A stretch of 64,000 nucleotides of DNA from Thermoplasmata archaeon. Its GTDB lineage: Archaea; Thermoplasmatota; Thermoplasmata; Lutacidiplasmatales; UBA184. The notes below the pieces were generated by a model that was not told the DNA's origin, made no database searches, and saw only the letters and a list, made by a program, of their open reading frames with translations. The stretch's first letter is position 1. Each line of letters opens with the position of its first letter. Location: positions 32,001 to 96,000 of the forward strand of contig JAGWLG010000002.1 of the NCBI GenBank assembly GCA_028864975.1, given 5' to 3'. A program made the translations under genes and the position numbers. Positions 62,130-64,000 of the stretch are shown piece after piece.

Positions 62130-63473
62130 GTGACGCTCTCGCCCTCCTCGACATGGGCCACCCAGGCCTCCCCCGAGGAGATGCGAGCCTCCGTAGAACG
62201 CGTGCGGAAGGCCACGAAAGTGCACTCGAAGTTCTTTGAGGATTCGATCCCGCTCATCGCCTCAGAGAACCTGCTCTCCCCTTACGCGAAGGAGCTCCTC
62301 ATCTCCGACCTCCATTCGCGCTACGCGGAGGGGCTTCCGGGCGAGCGCTACTACGAGGGGAACGCCTGGGTCGACGAGATCGAGAACGAGTGCCTGGCGC
62401 TCGCCCGTCGGCTGTTCCGCTGCAATTTCGCGGACGTCCGCCCCATCTCGGGGACCGTGGCGAACATGGCCGTGCTCAAGGCGATGGCCGACCCGGGGAG
62501 CACCATCGGGAGCTGCCGACTCGCGGACGGGGCGCACATCTCCTCCGCCTCGTTCGGGGCCTTCGGGCTCCGGGGGGTCAAGCCGGTCCACTACGCCTTC
62601 GACACGTCGAAGATGCAGCTTGACGTCGACGCGACGAAGCGGATCCTCCTGCAGGAACGGCCCAAGCTTTGCCTCTTTGGCCTCTCCCTCTTCCTCTTCC
62701 CGTTCCCGCTCCGCGAGCTCCAGGAGACGCTCAAGGAGATCGGGGCGTTGGGATGGTACGACGGGGCCCACGTGCTGGGTCTCATCGGCGGTGGGCAGTT
62801 CCAGGACCCGCTCCACGAAGGATGTACGGTGCTGTCGGCCTCCACCCACAAGACCCTCCCGGGACCGCAACACGGCATCGTGCTCGGGGAGACCTCGGAT
62901 GCCGACCTCGTGAGGAAGCTCCAATCGGCCTGCTTCCCCGGCGTCACCAGCAACCACCACCTGAACGCCATGGCAGCCCTCGCCGTCTCCCTGGCGGAGC
63001 ATCTCGCCTTCGGCGAGGAGTATGCCCGTCAGGTCGTGGCCAACGCCCGAGCCCTGGGACAGGCGCTGACCGAGCACGGGTTCGAGGTCCTCTGCGCGGA
63101 CCAGGGGTTCACACGGAGCCACACCATCGCGGTCCGCGTCGAGAAGGAGGGGGGAGGCGAGGACGGTTCGAAGAAGCTCGTTGCCGCCGGGATCGTCACC
63201 AACAAGAACCTCTTGCCGGGGGACAAGAGCCCGAAGCACCCCCAGGGGATCCGACTTGGGACCCCGGAGGTCACGCGGCTCGGGATGAAGGAGAAGGAGA
63301 TGGCGCGGATCGCAGAGCTGTTCGACCTGCTCCTGCACCGGGGGAAGAGCCCCCAAGAGGTGGCCCTGGCCGCCAAGGAGCTCAAGCGAGGCTTCACCAC
63401 ACTCCAGTACTGCTTCGGGGCGGGCGAGGCCGCCTACCGCTACTACGACCTGGTGGGCGACTCCCGCGCCTGA
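62130..63473 (+). CDS. glyA: Serine hydroxymethyltransferase
   Basis: LIASEN, RYAEGLPGERYYEG, GAHISS, YDGAHVLGL, STHKTLPGPQ (PLP Lys), IRLGTPEVTR. Confidence 0.95.
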   Translation: MTLSPSSTWATQASPEEMRASVERVRKATKVHSKFFEDSIPLIASENLLSPYAKELLISDLHSRYAEGLPGERYYEGNAWVDEIENECLALARRLFRCNFADVRPISGTVANMAVLKAMADPGSTIGSCRLADGAHISSASFGAFGLRGVKPVHYAFDTSKMQLDVDATKRILLQERPKLCLFGLSLFLFPFPLRELQETLKEIGALGWYDGAHVLGLIGGGQFQDPLHEGCTVLSASTHKTLPGPQHGIVLGETSDADLVRKLQSACFPGVTSNHHLNAMAALAVSLAEHLAFGEEYARQVVANARALGQALTEHGFEVLCADQGFTRSHTIAVRVEKEGGGEDGSKKLVAAGIVTNKNLLPGDKSPKHPQGIRLGTPEVTRLGMKEKEMARIAELFDLLLHRGKSPQEVALAAKELKRGFTTLQYCFGAGEAAYRYYDLVGDSRA

Positions 63474-63483
63474 GGCGTGGTCC

Positions 63484-64000
63484 GTGGACCATCTACCCAA
63501 GCCGTTTGATCGCCTGCTCTCGATTCGGAAGGACGAGCGGCTCCTCGCTTGCTGGCATGCTCAATACGTCCTCCTCGATGCCTCCGGCAGGCTCCACTCG
63601 GGCTTCTTTGTGAGGGGCTCCGAACTGGAGATCGACGTGAGGCAGGGCCTCTTGCTCCTCACCGACAAGGGCCTGGCGTATGTTCGGGTGAGGGGCTTGG
63701 TGGGGTTCGAGCAGCTCAAGTCCTACCCACCCATCCCGTACGGGCATCTTCTCGGTGCAGGGGTTGCCCGATACCCCGCCGACCTCCGGCCGGCGCTCAG
63801 GCTGAGGGCTCAGAGGGGTGGTGCTGGAACGGACTCCTCCGAAGCGTGGCCGCCGGGGCCGGGCGCCATGGACCTCCTGTTCGTCGTAGGGCGCGACGAG
63901 AACGTCGAGTCGGTCGCCTCCGCCATCAGGAACGTCGCGGGGCTGGACCCGCTCACAACCGCACCATCCGTCGAGCGTGACGCCCGACCGCTCCGGTCAG
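63484..64000 (+). CDS. Hypothetical protein, truncated at the window end (possible PH-like fold)
   Basis: Manual translation from GTG 63484 (MDHLPKPFDRLLSIRKDERLL...GLLLLTDKGLAYV...) stays open to 64000; missing from the ORF track because it has no stop codon. Confidence 0.55.
   Translation, partial: MDHLPKPFDRLLSIRKDERLLACWHAQYVLLDASGRLHSGFFVRGSELEIDVRQGLLLLTDKGLAYVRVRGLVGFEQLKSYPPIPYGHLLGAGVARYPADLRPALRLRAQRGGAGTDSSEAWPPGPGAMDLLFVVGRDENVESVASAIRNVAGLDPLTTAPSVERDARPLRS

Noticed and set aside
1-64000. CRISPR arrays, tRNA or rRNA genes, transposases, integrases
   Set aside because: No regularly spaced direct repeats, tRNA cloverleaf with T-loop, rRNA motifs or DDE/tyrosine recombinase signatures were recognised. 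A tRNAscan/Infernal run would be decisive.

Overview
This is a very GC-rich archaeal chromosome segment, most likely from Thermoplasmata. The assignment rests on the rpl7ae-rps28e-rpl24e cluster, an archaeal-type TyrRS, a type II Map, a tricorn-interacting-factor-like M1 aminopeptidase, split MetE, DUF835/KaiC-like proteins and an archaeal SRP RNA. About 58 plausible genes tile the window; most other long ORFs in the track are GC-driven shadow frames. Housekeeping genes (ndk, sua5, map, tyrS, glyA, metE, menA-like, malic enzyme, H+-ATPase, SRP RNA) are interspersed with poorly characterised accessory genes. The most striking candidate is a single ORF (48802-49524) that fuses an N-terminal ribbon-helix-helix DNA-binding domain to a divergent proteasome alpha-subunit fold. 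It is preceded by an 11-bp perfect inverted repeat and followed by an MFS transporter. Other notable items: a STAND-like ATPase-TPR protein with a DUF835 domain inserted between Walker A and Walker B; a cluster of two-TM membrane proteins, a DUF835 protein, an HEXXH protein and a coiled-coil KaiC-like protein; a long SAMHD1-like HD protein; and a 1474-aa surface protein with alternating Cys-free and Cys-paired repeats. No CRISPR array, tRNA, rRNA or transposase was recognised. All family assignments come from motif recognition by eye, not from database searches.
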